A stretch of DNA of 42,808 bases from Thermofilaceae archaeon (GCA_038727095.1 JAVYWK010000017.1:1-42808), one strand, 5' to 3'; counted from the first letter of the stretch, positions 1-9,846 are shown. The notes: generated from the sequence alone by a model not told the origin. Numbers and translations: made by a program.

Positions 1-793
1 CCCTGCTCTCGCCGGGCGCAAGCTCCAGGTTCACCTGGTGCGAGCCGATCGGGTACCATCCGCTCACGATTGAGTTCCGCGACCTACCCTCCTCAACAAC
101 GATCGGATTCTCCAAGCCCCTGTAGGGGCCGAGGAACTCGTCCCTCGACGTGTCGAAGCCGGCGATCCTCTCGGAGCACGCGAAGAAGGCGAAGTGGTTC
201 CTCCTCTCCCTGTACCCGGTCTTGTGGTAGATGACGCTCCCCTCAACCTCAACCTCTGCGAGGCTCAAGTTGCGCTGGAAGTTTGTCATGTCGTCGAGCG
301 CGTCCCAGAGGCAGAACTCAACGTAGGAGAAGAGCTGGAGCTTGGCCGGCCTATCCCTCCTGTTCGTGATCTTCAAGCGCCAAACCTCCAGCGTCTGCCC
401 CAGCGGGACGAAGTACGTGACCTGGGATTCGATCCCGGAGTACCTCGTCGTGATGATCGTGTAGCCCAGCCCGTGCCGGCACTCGTAGAACTCGGGTGGG
501 CGCTTAACCGGCTGCCACGTGACCCCCCAGTACTGCCCGCTCTTCGAGTCCCTGATGTATATGTACCGACCGGGCTGGTCGAGGGGGACGCCGTGGTAGC
601 GGTAGCGGGTGATCCTCCTGAACCTTGCGTCTCTGTAGAAGCTGTAACCTCCACCCGTGTTGGAGATCATGGCGAAGTAGTCCTCCTGGCCCAGGTAGTT
701 GATCCATGGTGTCGGGGTATCGGGACGGAGTATCACGTATTCGCGGCGCGCATCATCAAAATACCCGTACTTTCCCCCCTCACTTTCAGGCAT
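1..793 (-). CDS. GH94 glycoside phosphorylase, cellobiose phosphorylase-like (N-terminal part; runs off the window edge)
   Basis: Not in the ORF track. Manual translation from ATG 793: MPESEGGKYGYFDDARREYVILRPDTPTPWINYLG...GGGYSFYRDARFRRITRYRY...ECRHGLGYT...VEFCLWDALDDMTNFQRN...RERRNHFAFF, the characteristic N-terminus of cellobiose/chitobiose phosphorylases. Confidence 0.92.
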   Translation of the reverse strand, partial: MPESEGGKYGYFDDARREYVILRPDTPTPWINYLGQEDYFAMISNTGGGYSFYRDARFRRITRYRYHGVPLDQPGRYIYIRDSKSGQYWGVTWQPVKRPPEFYECRHGLGYTIITTRYSGIESQVTYFVPLGQTLEVWRLKITNRRDRPAKLQLFSYVEFCLWDALDDMTNFQRNLSLAEVEVEGSVIYHKTGYRERRNHFAFFACSERIAGFDTSRDEFLGPYRGLENPIVVEEGRSRNSIVSGWYPIGSHQVNLELAPGESR

Positions 794-861
794 TAATTAA
801 TTCTCGGGCGAAAGCGGTAAAAAAGTTTACACCGAGTGCCGACAGCCGCGCGGAGCGGTAG

Positions 862-1791
862 CTAGGGTTTCAGAGTTGGAGGCGGCCACACGGCGAGTAT
901 CTCCACGCTCGGCACCACGGGCGTTTTCAGCGTGGACCCGAAGAGCAGCTGGAGGAGGCTGGGGCGGGGTGCTTTAAGCTCCCTTAAGGGCGCGTCCGGC
1001 GGTAGCCCAGCCAGCTCTCTGGCGATGCGCGCGGCGTCGTCCAGCGTGCCGATCCGGTCTATCAGCCCGATCTCGAGGGCTCGCTTAGCCGTGTACGGCT
1101 TACCGGTGAACACGTCGCTCGGGTCCTTCAGTTTCCTGTGGGCCAGCACCCTCTGCTTGAAGAGGTCGAAGACCTCCTGAACCATTTCCTCCAGCACCTC
1201 CGCGTCCTCGGGAGTTAGCTGCCGGTATGGGGAGCCAATGTCCTTCAGCTCGCCCGACTTGAAGACGTAAACCCTGACGCCCAGCTTCTCGAGCAGCTCG
1301 CTGTAGGTGAGGACGGAGAGGTACACTCCCACCGAGCCGACGATGCTGCTGTTCGAGGCGACAATCAAGCGCGCGGGGAGCGCGGCCATGTAGGCTCCCG
1401 ACGCCCCGTACTCCCTGATGTACGCGACAACCGGCTTCTTCGAGGCGAGCTCCCTCACCTTCAAGTAGAGGTGCTCCGAAGCTGCGGCTGAACCGCCGGG
1501 GCTATCGATGAGCAGCACGACCGCTCGGGCAGCCGCTTCGCCGGCGGCCTGTTCGATCAGCCTCGCGATGCTCTCAGCATCGCTCGTGGCGCCGAGCAGT
1601 GTAAGCTGGGATGAGCCGTAGGCGATCGTTCCCTCGATCCTGATCAGAGCAACGTAGCCGACGGTGGGGGTAACGGTTGGCGCCCAAGCGCCGGTGAAGC
1701 GCGACGCGAGAAGGGCCAGCAGGGCTGTAGCCGCGATCGCGGCTAGAACGATTGCCACCAGCTGCCAATCCTTCAAACCCATCCTAACCAC
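862..1791 (-). CDS. sppA: Signal peptide peptidase SppA (S49, 36K type)
   Basis: N-terminal TM helix; motifs IDSPGGS, GASGAY, GSVGV, KSGELKD, ALEIGLID. Confidence 0.93.
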   Translation of the reverse strand: MVRMGLKDWQLVAIVLAAIAATALLALLASRFTGAWAPTVTPTVGYVALIRIEGTIAYGSSQLTLLGATSDAESIARLIEQAAGEAAARAVVLLIDSPGGSAAASEHLYLKVRELASKKPVVAYIREYGASGAYMAALPARLIVASNSSIVGSVGVYLSVLTYSELLEKLGVRVYVFKSGELKDIGSPYRQLTPEDAEVLEEMVQEVFDLFKQRVLAHRKLKDPSDVFTGKPYTAKRALEIGLIDRIGTLDDAARIARELAGLPPDAPLRELKAPRPSLLQLLFGSTLKTPVVPSVEILAVWPPPTLKP

Positions 1792-2497
1792 CCTGTGCGG
1801 GGCCGGGAGAGGGTTGAAGGAGCTGCTGGCGTACGGTGTTGGCTGCGGCGTGGTAGCCGATCATGAGGAGCGCGAAAACGGTGAGGGAGAGGAGCGAGCT
1901 CCACAAACCTGCGGAAGCGGTTGCCTGGGCTACTACGCCCACCCCTGTTGTAGCAAGGTACAGGATCGAGGCCACCTTAAGTATGCCCACCTTGTAGAGC
2001 AGGCTCAAATCGAGCGTGGCCACGGCTTCGAAGAAGTCGGCGGTTGCCATAATCAAGACCCCCGTCAGGATGTAGAGGAATAGAGTCTCGGGTAATGCTC
2101 TCGTGGCTGGCTCGATGAGGCCCCCGCTTATCATCGTGCGGAGAACGGCGTCCAAGGCCCCGCCGATGATCACTAGCAGACCGATTATCGGGGCGGCGAG
2201 CACTATTATCCTTGTGACGCAGTAGAACGTTTTCAGCTTCGCCTTGCACACGCTACCCCACGCGAGTACCCGGAGGATCCAGGAGGCCACCGCTAGTACG
2301 ACGATGAGGAAACCGATTATGATCGCTAGACCCGCGAAAGCTATGAGTTGAGCGAGAGACTCGGGCGTGATCGCACTTTCATCCTGAACGAGCCAGGCGG
2401 AGGCAAGCGGTTGAAGCGCGAGCGATAGAGCAGCGTAAGCGGCTCGAATCACGGACGCGTTCCTCAACCTTGCTAGACCCCTTGCGACCTCAAGCAC
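1784..2497 (-). CDS. Hypothetical multi-pass membrane protein
   Basis: About 5-6 hydrophobic segments; overlaps the sppA start. Start moved from 2575 to in-frame GTG 2497 because a TTTATTAAA box at about 2516-2524 lies about 24 nt upstream. Confidence 0.7.
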   Translation of the reverse strand: MLEVARGLARLRNASVIRAAYAALSLALQPLASAWLVQDESAITPESLAQLIAFAGLAIIIGFLIVVLAVASWILRVLAWGSVCKAKLKTFYCVTRIIVLAAPIIGLLVIIGGALDAVLRTMISGGLIEPATRALPETLFLYILTGVLIMATADFFEAVATLDLSLLYKVGILKVASILYLATTGVGVVAQATASAGLWSSLLSLTVFALLMIGYHAAANTVRQQLLQPSPGPAQGG

Positions 2498-2611
2498 GTA
2501 GAGGTAAACATCCTGTTTAATAAAAATGTTCCTTCGATAAGAGGAGCCTCCTTGATACCTTTTTGTTTCGATCATGGAAACATTTAAAGAAGTTCAATGA
2601 TCGGGCTGGCG

Positions 2612-5182
2612 ATGGAAAGGGGTATTCCAAGCCCCGAGCAGTTCTTCGGTTTTAAGATCGGTGAGGATCGCAAGCTAGCGCGGTGGGACAGGATCGTAGA
2701 GTACTACCGCCTGCTCTCCACTTCTAGCAGGAGGGTTAGGCTGATCGAGATGGGCCCCTCTTCGATGGGGAACCCCTTCATCGTCGTGATCATCAGCTCC
2801 CCGGAGAACCTGTCGAAACTCGACGCGTACCGGGAGATTTCGAGGAGGCTAGCCTACCCCTTCGGTTTGAGCGAGGAGGAGGCGAAAAGGATGGCGCGCG
2901 AGGGGAAGGTTATCGTCGTCATCGGCGCCAGCATACACGCTACAGAGGTTGCGGGCACGCAGATGCTGGTTGAGCTAGCCTACGAGCTGGCCACGAGAGA
3001 CGATGAAGCAGTGCGCCAGATCCTCGAAAACGTCATCGTGGTTCTCATACCCTGCATGAACCCGGACGGGCAGGTAATGGTCGCCGATTGGTACGAAAAG
3101 AGCGTTGGCGCGGAGTACGAGGGTACGCCTCCGCCCTGGCTCTACCACAAGTACTGCGGCCACGACAACAACCGCGACGCGTTCATGCTCACGCAGGTAG
3201 AGAGCAAGTACATCGCGAGGGTTCTGTACAGGGAGTTCACACCGCAAATCTTCATCGACCACCACCAGATGGGCAGCACAACCGCCCGCTTCTTTGTCTC
3301 GCCCGAGATGGACCCGATCTACCCGGAGGTCGACCCTCTCGTTTGGCGGGAGATCCAGTTCCTGGGGACTTACGCAGCTGCGCGCCTCGCGCAGAAGGGG
3401 TTTAAGGGGGTGGAGACGTACAGCCCCTTCACCCCCGACTTCGTGGGGGGCTTCCAGACGCTGGCCATCTACATGAACATCATCGGTATGCTCACAGAGT
3501 CGGCGAGCGTGAAGATCGCTACGCCGGTCTACGTGCACCCCCACCAGCTGAAGGGGTACGGCAGGGGTAGGCGGAGCGAGGACCCCCAGATGAACTACCC
3601 GGACCCCTGGCCGGGCGGCTGGTGGAGGCTGAAAGATATCATCGATTACCAGAAGGAGGCCACCTACGCGATCCTCGAAGCTGCTGCGAAGCTGCGCCAG
3701 GAGCTGCTCTACAACTCCTACGTTAAGGCGAAGAGGAGCATCGAGAGGGGCTTGAGCAAACCACCCTACGCCTTCATCATACCAACTAAGCAGCACGACC
3801 CGCTCACCGCGTGCAAGCTCGTTGAGGTGCTCCTCGACCTCGGCATCATCGTCCACACCGCTGAGGAGGAGTTCGAGGCGGAGGGTAGGCTCTACCCGGC
3901 CGGCACATTCGCGGTCTTCATGGCGCAGCCGAGGAGGGCCCTGGCGAAGAAGCTGCTTGAGAGGTTCCTCTACCCGGACAACGAGTTCACCCGAGACGGC
4001 GCTGGTAGGCCGATCAGGCCCTACGACCTCGCGACGGAGAGGCTTCCCGACTTCATGGGGGTCAGAGTCGAGGAGGCGAGGGAACCCTTCACCGGGCGCT
4101 TCAGAGCGGTGGAGGGTAGGGTAAGGCCGAAACCCAGCCTGGAGCTCGGCCCTGCGGGCTGGCTGCTGGACCCGAGGCTGAACGACTCGCACAAGCTTGC
4201 CGCTAAGCTGCTCGCCAAGGGCTGCGAGGTGTACCGCTCCAAGGGGCCGCTGAGGGTCGATGGAGCAGAGCTGCCCCCCGGGGCCTTCTACGTGCCGCGC
4301 AGCGAGGCTGCTTTAGAGGTTCTCGAGTGGGGGGTTGAGGAGCTAGGCGTGGGGCCGATCCCGGTCGAGCAGGCGCCCGGGCAGCTGGTCAAGGTTAGGT
4401 TCGCGAGGGTGGGGGTCTACCGGAGGCTCTACGGCGGCAGCATGGATGAGGGGTGGATTAGGTGGCTTTTCGACGATTACGGGATCCCTTACACGGTGGT
4501 GGATGACGAGATGGTAAAGAGCGGGAGGATCAAGGGGGAGCTGGACGTCCTCATCCTCCCCGACGAACCGTTAGCTCTGCTCAAAGGTGAGAACGTTGAG
4601 GAGGAGTTGAGCAAGATGTGGGGGAGGCCGGTGAAGCTGCCTCCGTGGCCGAAGGAGTACCAGACGGGCTTCGGCAAGGAGGGGGTGGAGAAGATAAGGG
4701 AGTTCGCGGAGTCGGGTGGCACGCTCATCTGCATCGGGCGATCAGTCGACTTCCTCATCAAGGAGCTGAGGCTGCCGTTGAGGAACCTCAGCGAGGAGCT
4801 GAAGGATCCAACCAAGTACTTCTGCCCCGGGTCCACTCTGAGGGCCTTGGTCGACAACGATCACCCCCTGGCTTGGGGCATGCCGCGCGAAACCACCGTG
4901 CTTTTCGTCGATGGCCCAGTGCTGGAGATCGTGCCCAACCACTGGAACGAGCAGTACCACGAGGTCGTCAGGTTCGCCGACAGGGATTTGCTCAGCAGCG
5001 GCTGGCTCATCGGTGAGGAAAACCTCAGGAGGAAGCCGTTGCTCATCGAAGCGGGGGTGGGCAGGGGTCGGGCACTGGCTTACGCCTTCAGGCCCCACTT
5101 CAGAGGGCAAACCCACGGCACCTTCAAGCTCCTGCTTAACGCGGTCTACGCCTACAGCGAGTGCGGACAAACCGATGCGTGA
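2612..5182 (+). CDS. M14-family zinc carboxypeptidase with C-terminal class I GATase-like domain
   Basis: HxxE (IHATE), NPDG, DNNRD and DHHQ zinc motifs; C-terminal DVLILPD...GGTLICIG. Start set at ATG 2612, downstream of TTTAAA at 2583-2588. Confidence 0.9.
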   Translation: MERGIPSPEQFFGFKIGEDRKLARWDRIVEYYRLLSTSSRRVRLIEMGPSSMGNPFIVVIISSPENLSKLDAYREISRRLAYPFGLSEEEAKRMAREGKVIVVIGASIHATEVAGTQMLVELAYELATRDDEAVRQILENVIVVLIPCMNPDGQVMVADWYEKSVGAEYEGTPPPWLYHKYCGHDNNRDAFMLTQVESKYIARVLYREFTPQIFIDHHQMGSTTARFFVSPEMDPIYPEVDPLVWREIQFLGTYAAARLAQKGFKGVETYSPFTPDFVGGFQTLAIYMNIIGMLTESASVKIATPVYVHPHQLKGYGRGRRSEDPQMNYPDPWPGGWWRLKDIIDYQKEATYAILEAAAKLRQELLYNSYVKAKRSIERGLSKPPYAFIIPTKQHDPLTACKLVEVLLDLGIIVHTAEEEFEAEGRLYPAGTFAVFMAQPRRALAKKLLERFLYPDNEFTRDGAGRPIRPYDLATERLPDFMGVRVEEAREPFTGRFRAVEGRVRPKPSLELGPAGWLLDPRLNDSHKLAAKLLAKGCEVYRSKGPLRVDGAELPPGAFYVPRSEAALEVLEWGVEELGVGPIPVEQAPGQLVKVRFARVGVYRRLYGGSMDEGWIRWLFDDYGIPYTVVDDEMVKSGRIKGELDVLILPDEPLALLKGENVEEELSKMWGRPVKLPPWPKEYQTGFGKEGVEKIREFAESGGTLICIGRSVDFLIKELRLPLRNLSEELKDPTKYFCPGSTLRALVDNDHPLAWGMPRETTVLFVDGPVLEIVPNHWNEQYHEVVRFADRDLLSSGWLIGEENLRRKPLLIEAGVGRGRALAYAFRPHFRGQTHGTFKLLLNAVYAYSECGQTDA

Positions 5183-5221
5183 GCCCGGCAAGCTTAAAAG
5201 CGCTGTCGGGCAGATTACGCG

Positions 5222-5277
5222 CTGATGAAGGCCGTACTCTCTGACGCAACGAATGAGGAAGCCTTTAAGTGCTGACC
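5222..5277 (+). ncRNA. Archaeal C/D box sRNA (2'-O-methylation guide) targeting 16S rRNA
   Basis: Box C TGATGA 5223-5228, D' CTGA 5241-5244, C' TGAGGA 5254-5259, D CTGA 5272-5275. Guides GGCCGTACTC and CCTTTAAGT are reverse complements of the conserved 16S segments GAGUACGGCC and ACUUAAAGG. Intergenic, with TTAAAA at 5194-5199. Confidence 0.9.
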
Positions 5278-5295
5278 GTTCTACCTGCTTCGCCG

Positions 5296-6108
5296 TTAGC
5301 GCTGCAGGCGTTCCATCATTTTCGCTTCGGCGAGGGCGGCCTCTGCTTGCTCCATGCTTGCGCCTGCCGCCACGGCCAGTTCGCTCGCGCTGAGCTTGGC
5401 GAGGTCGTTGAGCGTCACGATGCCGCTCCTGAGGAGGACGCGCTTCTGCTCCTCGCTCAGCGTGGAGAGGACGGTTATCGGGTACAAGCCGTACCTTTCG
5501 ATGAGGACCTCCAATCCCTCCTCCGGGTAGTGCCAGGCTATGACGCGCATGCCGACGCACTCGGCGTAGGCGGCGGCTTCAGCCGTCACCTTCGTGTTAG
5601 TCACGATCCACGCCCTGTCGAACTGGTCCTTCAGGTCGAGGTAGCGCGCGTAAACGTAGAGGGCGACCTTGGCGTCAACCTTGATCCCCGGGAGGTTGTG
5701 GTACTTGCACTCGACGAAGACCCGCTCCCCCGAGCCCTCCGCGACGACGTCCAACTCGTGCTCGATGCACCTACCTCTAGCCTTCACGTTCGTGCGCGCC
5801 GCGTAGCCCATCTTCTCCAGGAGCCTCGCGACAAACTTCTCGAATGGGTAGCCCTCCGGCCCCATCCTCATGATGGCCCTGCGGACGGCGTACCTTACCG
5901 CGCACCGCGGGTATCGTTCGCGGAGCCGGGCTAGGAGCCGGCTGTGAATCTCGTCGGAGGTGACGACGGCCGGTAGGGATTCCTCGAGCTCCTCAACAAG
6001 TTTCAGCGCGTCCTGCTCGGGCAGCCCGCACCGGACGATGCTGAGGAGGAGCTTCTGCCGGCTGTAGGGTTCCCTCGAGCCGTTAGCCTTGACTACGGTC
6101 TCGACCAT
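5296..6108 (-). CDS. ATP-cone + Mrr-like restriction endonuclease domain protein with C-terminal HhH-like region
   Basis: VVKANGSREPYSRQKLLLSI (ATP cone); GYPFEKFVARLL, HELDVVA, VECKYH, VTNTK (PD-(D/E)xK, Mrr_cat-like). Confidence 0.85.
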   Translation of the reverse strand: MVETVVKANGSREPYSRQKLLLSIVRCGLPEQDALKLVEELEESLPAVVTSDEIHSRLLARLRERYPRCAVRYAVRRAIMRMGPEGYPFEKFVARLLEKMGYAARTNVKARGRCIEHELDVVAEGSGERVFVECKYHNLPGIKVDAKVALYVYARYLDLKDQFDRAWIVTNTKVTAEAAAYAECVGMRVIAWHYPEEGLEVLIERYGLYPITVLSTLSEEQKRVLLRSGIVTLNDLAKLSASELAVAAGASMEQAEAALAEAKMMERLQR

Positions 6109-6129
6109 GGAGGGGTAGTGCAGCTCCGG

Positions 6130-7206
6130 CTATTTTACTCCCTCGAGGCCCGGCGACTCCACGTAGATGTTCCACCAGGGCTTGCTCCACCTCTTCTCCA
6201 CGCGAGGTACAGCTTTGAGCAGCTCTTCGGCCACAGCGGCTACGCTGCGGGCTTCGCTTGGGCTAAGCCCCTCTTTGACGAGGACGTCGATCCTATCGAT
6301 GAGGTTCTGGAGGTTCAATCTGACGGTGAGCGCGAACCCCTTGTCTCTCTCGAGCGCGCCCCCGAATAGCTTGGGGTTGATCGCCTCACCCCCCTCGCCG
6401 ATCTCGTGGTCGAGGAGGAGCGCGGCCACATCCTTCATGTCCTTGAGCTCCATGCCGACCGCGACCATCCCCTTCAGGTGCTCGTATGGTAGCACCCTGT
6501 ACCCCTGGCCGGACGACTCGAGGATCGGTAGCTTCTCGACGGGTAGCCCGAATATGTACTGAAGCTTTGAGAGCAGCAGGTTTTCGAGGCCCACCGTGTA
6601 GAGGTTCTCCCTGGCCCTCTCGAACTCGCCGCTCAGCTTGATCGTGTGGCGGAAGGGGAGCACGTCGCAGAAGATGTCGATTACCGCAACCCGTAAGCCG
6701 TCACCCTCGACCCCGCTGAGCCCGTGAACCCTGTACCTCCTCCCACCCCTGAGCGCGTTGAACCACTTGTCGCCGGAGGTGGTGAAGTACGTGTAGCGGC
6801 TGCCCAGCAGGCTGCCGAGGTTGAGGAGGAGCTTCACGAAGAGGAGCCCGTCGCGCTTTCTCACGACGAAGTCCACGTCGTTTAGCTCCCTGTTCAGCGC
6901 GTGCCCCCGCTTGTTCGCCGTGGGCGAGTGGACTTTGACGGCTGCCCCTCCGAAGAGGAGGGCGTCGATAGGCCTGCTCAGCTTCCCCCTGAGCTCTCCG
7001 AGCAAGTCTAGGCTGGGCGCTTTACGCGCAGCCCAGAGGGTTACGACGGCTCGGACGAGGGAGAGGTTGGAAAGGTCTATGTAGCCGGGTAGGCCGAGCT
7101 CCTCTGCAGCCTGCTGGGCTTCGATTCTCGAGGTGAGGGGGAGCTCAACCTCGTACACGGTCCCGTCATAGTCCTCTAGGAGCTTCAGCCTCGCCAACCC
7201 GGTCAC
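6130..7206 (-). CDS. Putative nucleotidyltransferase-fold protein
   Basis: LLFGGAAVKVH...RELNDVDFVV resembles the GG-x-A...R-x-x-DxD signature of the NTase superfamily; later LLLSKLQ and KDMKD. 4-bp overlap with the upstream gene. Confidence 0.6.
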   Translation of the reverse strand: MTGLARLKLLEDYDGTVYEVELPLTSRIEAQQAAEELGLPGYIDLSNLSLVRAVVTLWAARKAPSLDLLGELRGKLSRPIDALLFGGAAVKVHSPTANKRGHALNRELNDVDFVVRKRDGLLFVKLLLNLGSLLGSRYTYFTTSGDKWFNALRGGRRYRVHGLSGVEGDGLRVAVIDIFCDVLPFRHTIKLSGEFERARENLYTVGLENLLLSKLQYIFGLPVEKLPILESSGQGYRVLPYEHLKGMVAVGMELKDMKDVAALLLDHEIGEGGEAINPKLFGGALERDKGFALTVRLNLQNLIDRIDVLVKEGLSPSEARSVAAVAEELLKAVPRVEKRWSKPWWNIYVESPGLEGVK

Positions 7207-8153
7207 CCGTACGTGAACACGTAGCTCCTCACCCTGCCCCGCTCGAGCGTTAGGAGCACGCCCTTGAGGGCGCCGCTGCTGTAGTCGCTCCCCGGGTTGA
7301 AGCAGAGGGTTCTCCCGATCTTAGCCACACCCTTGGACTCGTGGATGTGACCGTGGAGGCCGACCAGCGGCTGGTACTCCTCGATGATCCTCCTCACGGC
7401 TCTGCTCCCCGCGTGGAGCATCTCCACTTCGCCGCCCTTCCGAACGACCCGGAACCCTTCGTCAAGAGCGGGGGCCAAGTCGATCGGTGTCCCGTAGGGT
7501 GGTACGTGCACGTTTAGCACCATGACCGAAGGGTCGCCAGCCTCCTCGACTAGCCTCCTCAGCTTGCTGTACAGCTCCTCCTCCGTTAGCTCGCGCGGGG
7601 TCTTCCATGGGGTTGGGTTGGAGGCTCCGAGGCTCGCGAGCTGAAGGCCGCCCTCCAATTCGATGACGCGGTTGTCGGGGTTTACGACGACGTCCGAGCC
7701 CTCCAACGCCTCGTCCACAGCCCAGCGGTCGTCGTTACCGGGCATGATGTACACTTCGACACCACTGCCACGCAGCCTTTCCTCAGCCAGCTTAACCCAC
7801 CTCCTCAGGGTTTCAACCATAGCCTTCGTGAACAGCTCATCCACGAGGGCGGGGTCCCTCCTCAGCTTCTCGTACTCGTCCTCCTCCACAACCACAGTGT
7901 AGAACCCGTTGCTCCTGATCGTTGCCACCACCTTCTCGAGCTCATCAGAACTTCTCGCGAGCCAGGGTTTGCCGAAGACCTCAGCCCTGTACGATTCCCC
8001 GCTCCTCACGATTGGCACGAGGGCTTTACCCGTCAAGTCCCCGCCCAGCACGAGCACATCCGCTTTGTACACTTTCGCGGCGTTGAGGAACTTGCGGAAG
8101 CATACTTCGCTGCCGTGTACGTCGGAGGCGTAGAACAGCCGCACGGTTGACAC
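7203..8153 (-). CDS. Calcineurin-like (Icc-related) metallophosphoesterase
   Basis: SDVHGS, GGDLTGK, PGNDD, HVPPY, GHIHES, NPGS motifs. Confidence 0.9.
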   Translation of the reverse strand: MSTVRLFYASDVHGSEVCFRKFLNAAKVYKADVLVLGGDLTGKALVPIVRSGESYRAEVFGKPWLARSSDELEKVVATIRSNGFYTVVVEEDEYEKLRRDPALVDELFTKAMVETLRRWVKLAEERLRGSGVEVYIMPGNDDRWAVDEALEGSDVVVNPDNRVIELEGGLQLASLGASNPTPWKTPRELTEEELYSKLRRLVEEAGDPSVMVLNVHVPPYGTPIDLAPALDEGFRVVRKGGEVEMLHAGSRAVRRIIEEYQPLVGLHGHIHESKGVAKIGRTLCFNPGSDYSSGALKGVLLTLERGRVRSYVFTYG

Positions 8154-9785
8154 CTACTCTGGAGGTAGCTCTCGGAAGGCTAAATCTATATCGATTCCCT
8201 GCCTCCGCCTGTAGAGCTTCACGCCGTAGAAGTAGGCTGTCCCGGCCACGTAGGCCGCTAGAATGGTGAGCAGCGAGGGCACGTGCAGGGCTCCGAGCCC
8301 CGGGTTCGTGAAGTAGAAGTAGAGCAGCACGAGGAGCAGCCCAGCGTAGACCGCGCCGCAGATGCTGATGAGGGGTACGCCTGCAACCTTCAGCTTCGAG
8401 ACGGGAGAGCCCTCATACATCAGCTTGGTCTTCCCCCGGTAGGGCACCACGATGGCTGAGATTGCGGTGAATAGGAAGGTAGTGGAGATCTGCGGGATCA
8501 TCGCCGTAAAGCCCGCGAGGTACTCGGGGTTGAGGGCGTAGATCGTGAGCATGATGTAGCTGAAGGCAGTCGTAACGAGTACGTTCTTCACGGGTGCATG
8601 GAAGCGCTCGCTCATATCCGCTAGGAAGCTGGGGGCGATCCTGTCGAAGGCCCAAGCGAGGAAGATCCTGCTCATCGGGAAGACTGTGTACAATGCGTAG
8701 TAGAGGATCCAAGCGGCGAACCCGATCCCGATCAACCACCTGAGCCAGAGGGGCGCCATGATCGCGGCGAAGGCGAAGTACGACGGCGGGAAGGGCAGTT
8801 TGTAGAGCCCTAGTCCATCACCGTAAACGTAGGCAACGGCTAACAGGAAGTCGTAGCCGACGACTCGCTCGAGCAAAGCGCCGGTGATCCACCAGGAGGC
8901 TGAGGCGAGCACGAGCCCGCCTGGGATCCCGATGATCATGCTCTTCTGTACGTCCCTTGTCTCCCCCGCGATGTAAGCGGCCAGGTACGGGTAGAGGAGC
9001 CCCCAGGCGGCGACAGGCATGAGGGGTAGGGCCTTTGCTACGCTCCAAGTGTACGAGGCGTCCGCACCGTACGTCTCCGACAGGTACCTCAGCCCCTCCC
9101 TCACGATTGTATCGTAGTCGGCCGACCCGTAGGAGGCGCTGAAGCTGTTCCACGCGGCGATGAAGGACTCCCTGCTGGCGCCAAGTAGGATCGCCCAGAT
9201 CGCCGCGAAGTGCAGCACTCCAAGCGCGAAGCAGGCCGCTTGGAAGACCCTGAAGGCCTTGAGGCCGAGTATCGTCACGAGCGCTGAAACGGTGATAATG
9301 AGGATGCCTATGAGGAGGATGCCAATCGAGGACCCGGCGAACTCGGCGGCCTGCTCCAACCCCGTGAGCGAGAAGGTGGTGAGGATGGCTGGATCCGCCA
9401 CGTACGATGGTAGCACAGCCACCCACACGAAGTTGGCTATGATCCAGCCGAAGCTGGAGAGGAAGCCGAGCAGCGGGTGGAGGATCCTGCTGACGAACAC
9501 GTAGTCTCCCCCGCTCCGCGGGGCGATCGTGACGAGCAGCGCCCAGGCCAGCGCGCCGAAGATCATCGGAACGGTGGTTAGAAGCACGCCGAGGTGCAGG
9601 TTGCCGCCGGGCGCGAAGTAGGGCCCCCATAGGAAGTACCACCAGGCCGAGAGACCCCAGCTGATGTTGAGCGAGGCGAAGATCAGGATGTCGAGCCAGC
9701 CGGCTTCTCTGACGAGGCCCGTAGCCTCCCTCAGGAATACGCCTCTAGACCCGCTATCCGAGAGATCGCCTTCACCCTCATCCAT
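8154..9785 (-). CDS. APC superfamily amino acid/amine permease
   Basis: FLREATGLVRE N-terminus, PRSGGDYVFVSR, SRIFLAWAFDR, C-terminal FRELPPE; about 12 or more TM helices. Confidence 0.92.
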   Translation of the reverse strand: MDEGEGDLSDSGSRGVFLREATGLVREAGWLDILIFASLNISWGLSAWWYFLWGPYFAPGGNLHLGVLLTTVPMIFGALAWALLVTIAPRSGGDYVFVSRILHPLLGFLSSFGWIIANFVWVAVLPSYVADPAILTTFSLTGLEQAAEFAGSSIGILLIGILIITVSALVTILGLKAFRVFQAACFALGVLHFAAIWAILLGASRESFIAAWNSFSASYGSADYDTIVREGLRYLSETYGADASYTWSVAKALPLMPVAAWGLLYPYLAAYIAGETRDVQKSMIIGIPGGLVLASASWWITGALLERVVGYDFLLAVAYVYGDGLGLYKLPFPPSYFAFAAIMAPLWLRWLIGIGFAAWILYYALYTVFPMSRIFLAWAFDRIAPSFLADMSERFHAPVKNVLVTTAFSYIMLTIYALNPEYLAGFTAMIPQISTTFLFTAISAIVVPYRGKTKLMYEGSPVSKLKVAGVPLISICGAVYAGLLLVLLYFYFTNPGLGALHVPSLLTILAAYVAGTAYFYGVKLYRRRQGIDIDLAFRELPPE

Positions 9786-9809
9786 CGGGGGGCTCTCCCC
9801 AGCTACGGG

Positions 9810-9846
9810 ATATTAAGCCATCCATCACGTAAAACGTTTATTTACG
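9810..9846 (-). promoter_or_regulatory. Promoter of the APC operon with upstream palindromic site
   Basis: Minus-strand CTTAATAT at 9810-9817, about 25 nt before ATG 9785. Inverted repeat CGTAAA-acgttta-TTTACG at 9828-9846. Confidence 0.5.

Noticed and set aside
194-796. 200-aa plus-strand ORF
   Set aside because: Antisense shadow of the GH94 gene, which carries clear family motifs.
2975-4192. Long antisense ORFs (also 15373-16650, 24785-25531, 41325-42050 and many shorter ones)
   Set aside because: Shadows of well-supported genes, expected from high GC3; no recognisable motifs.
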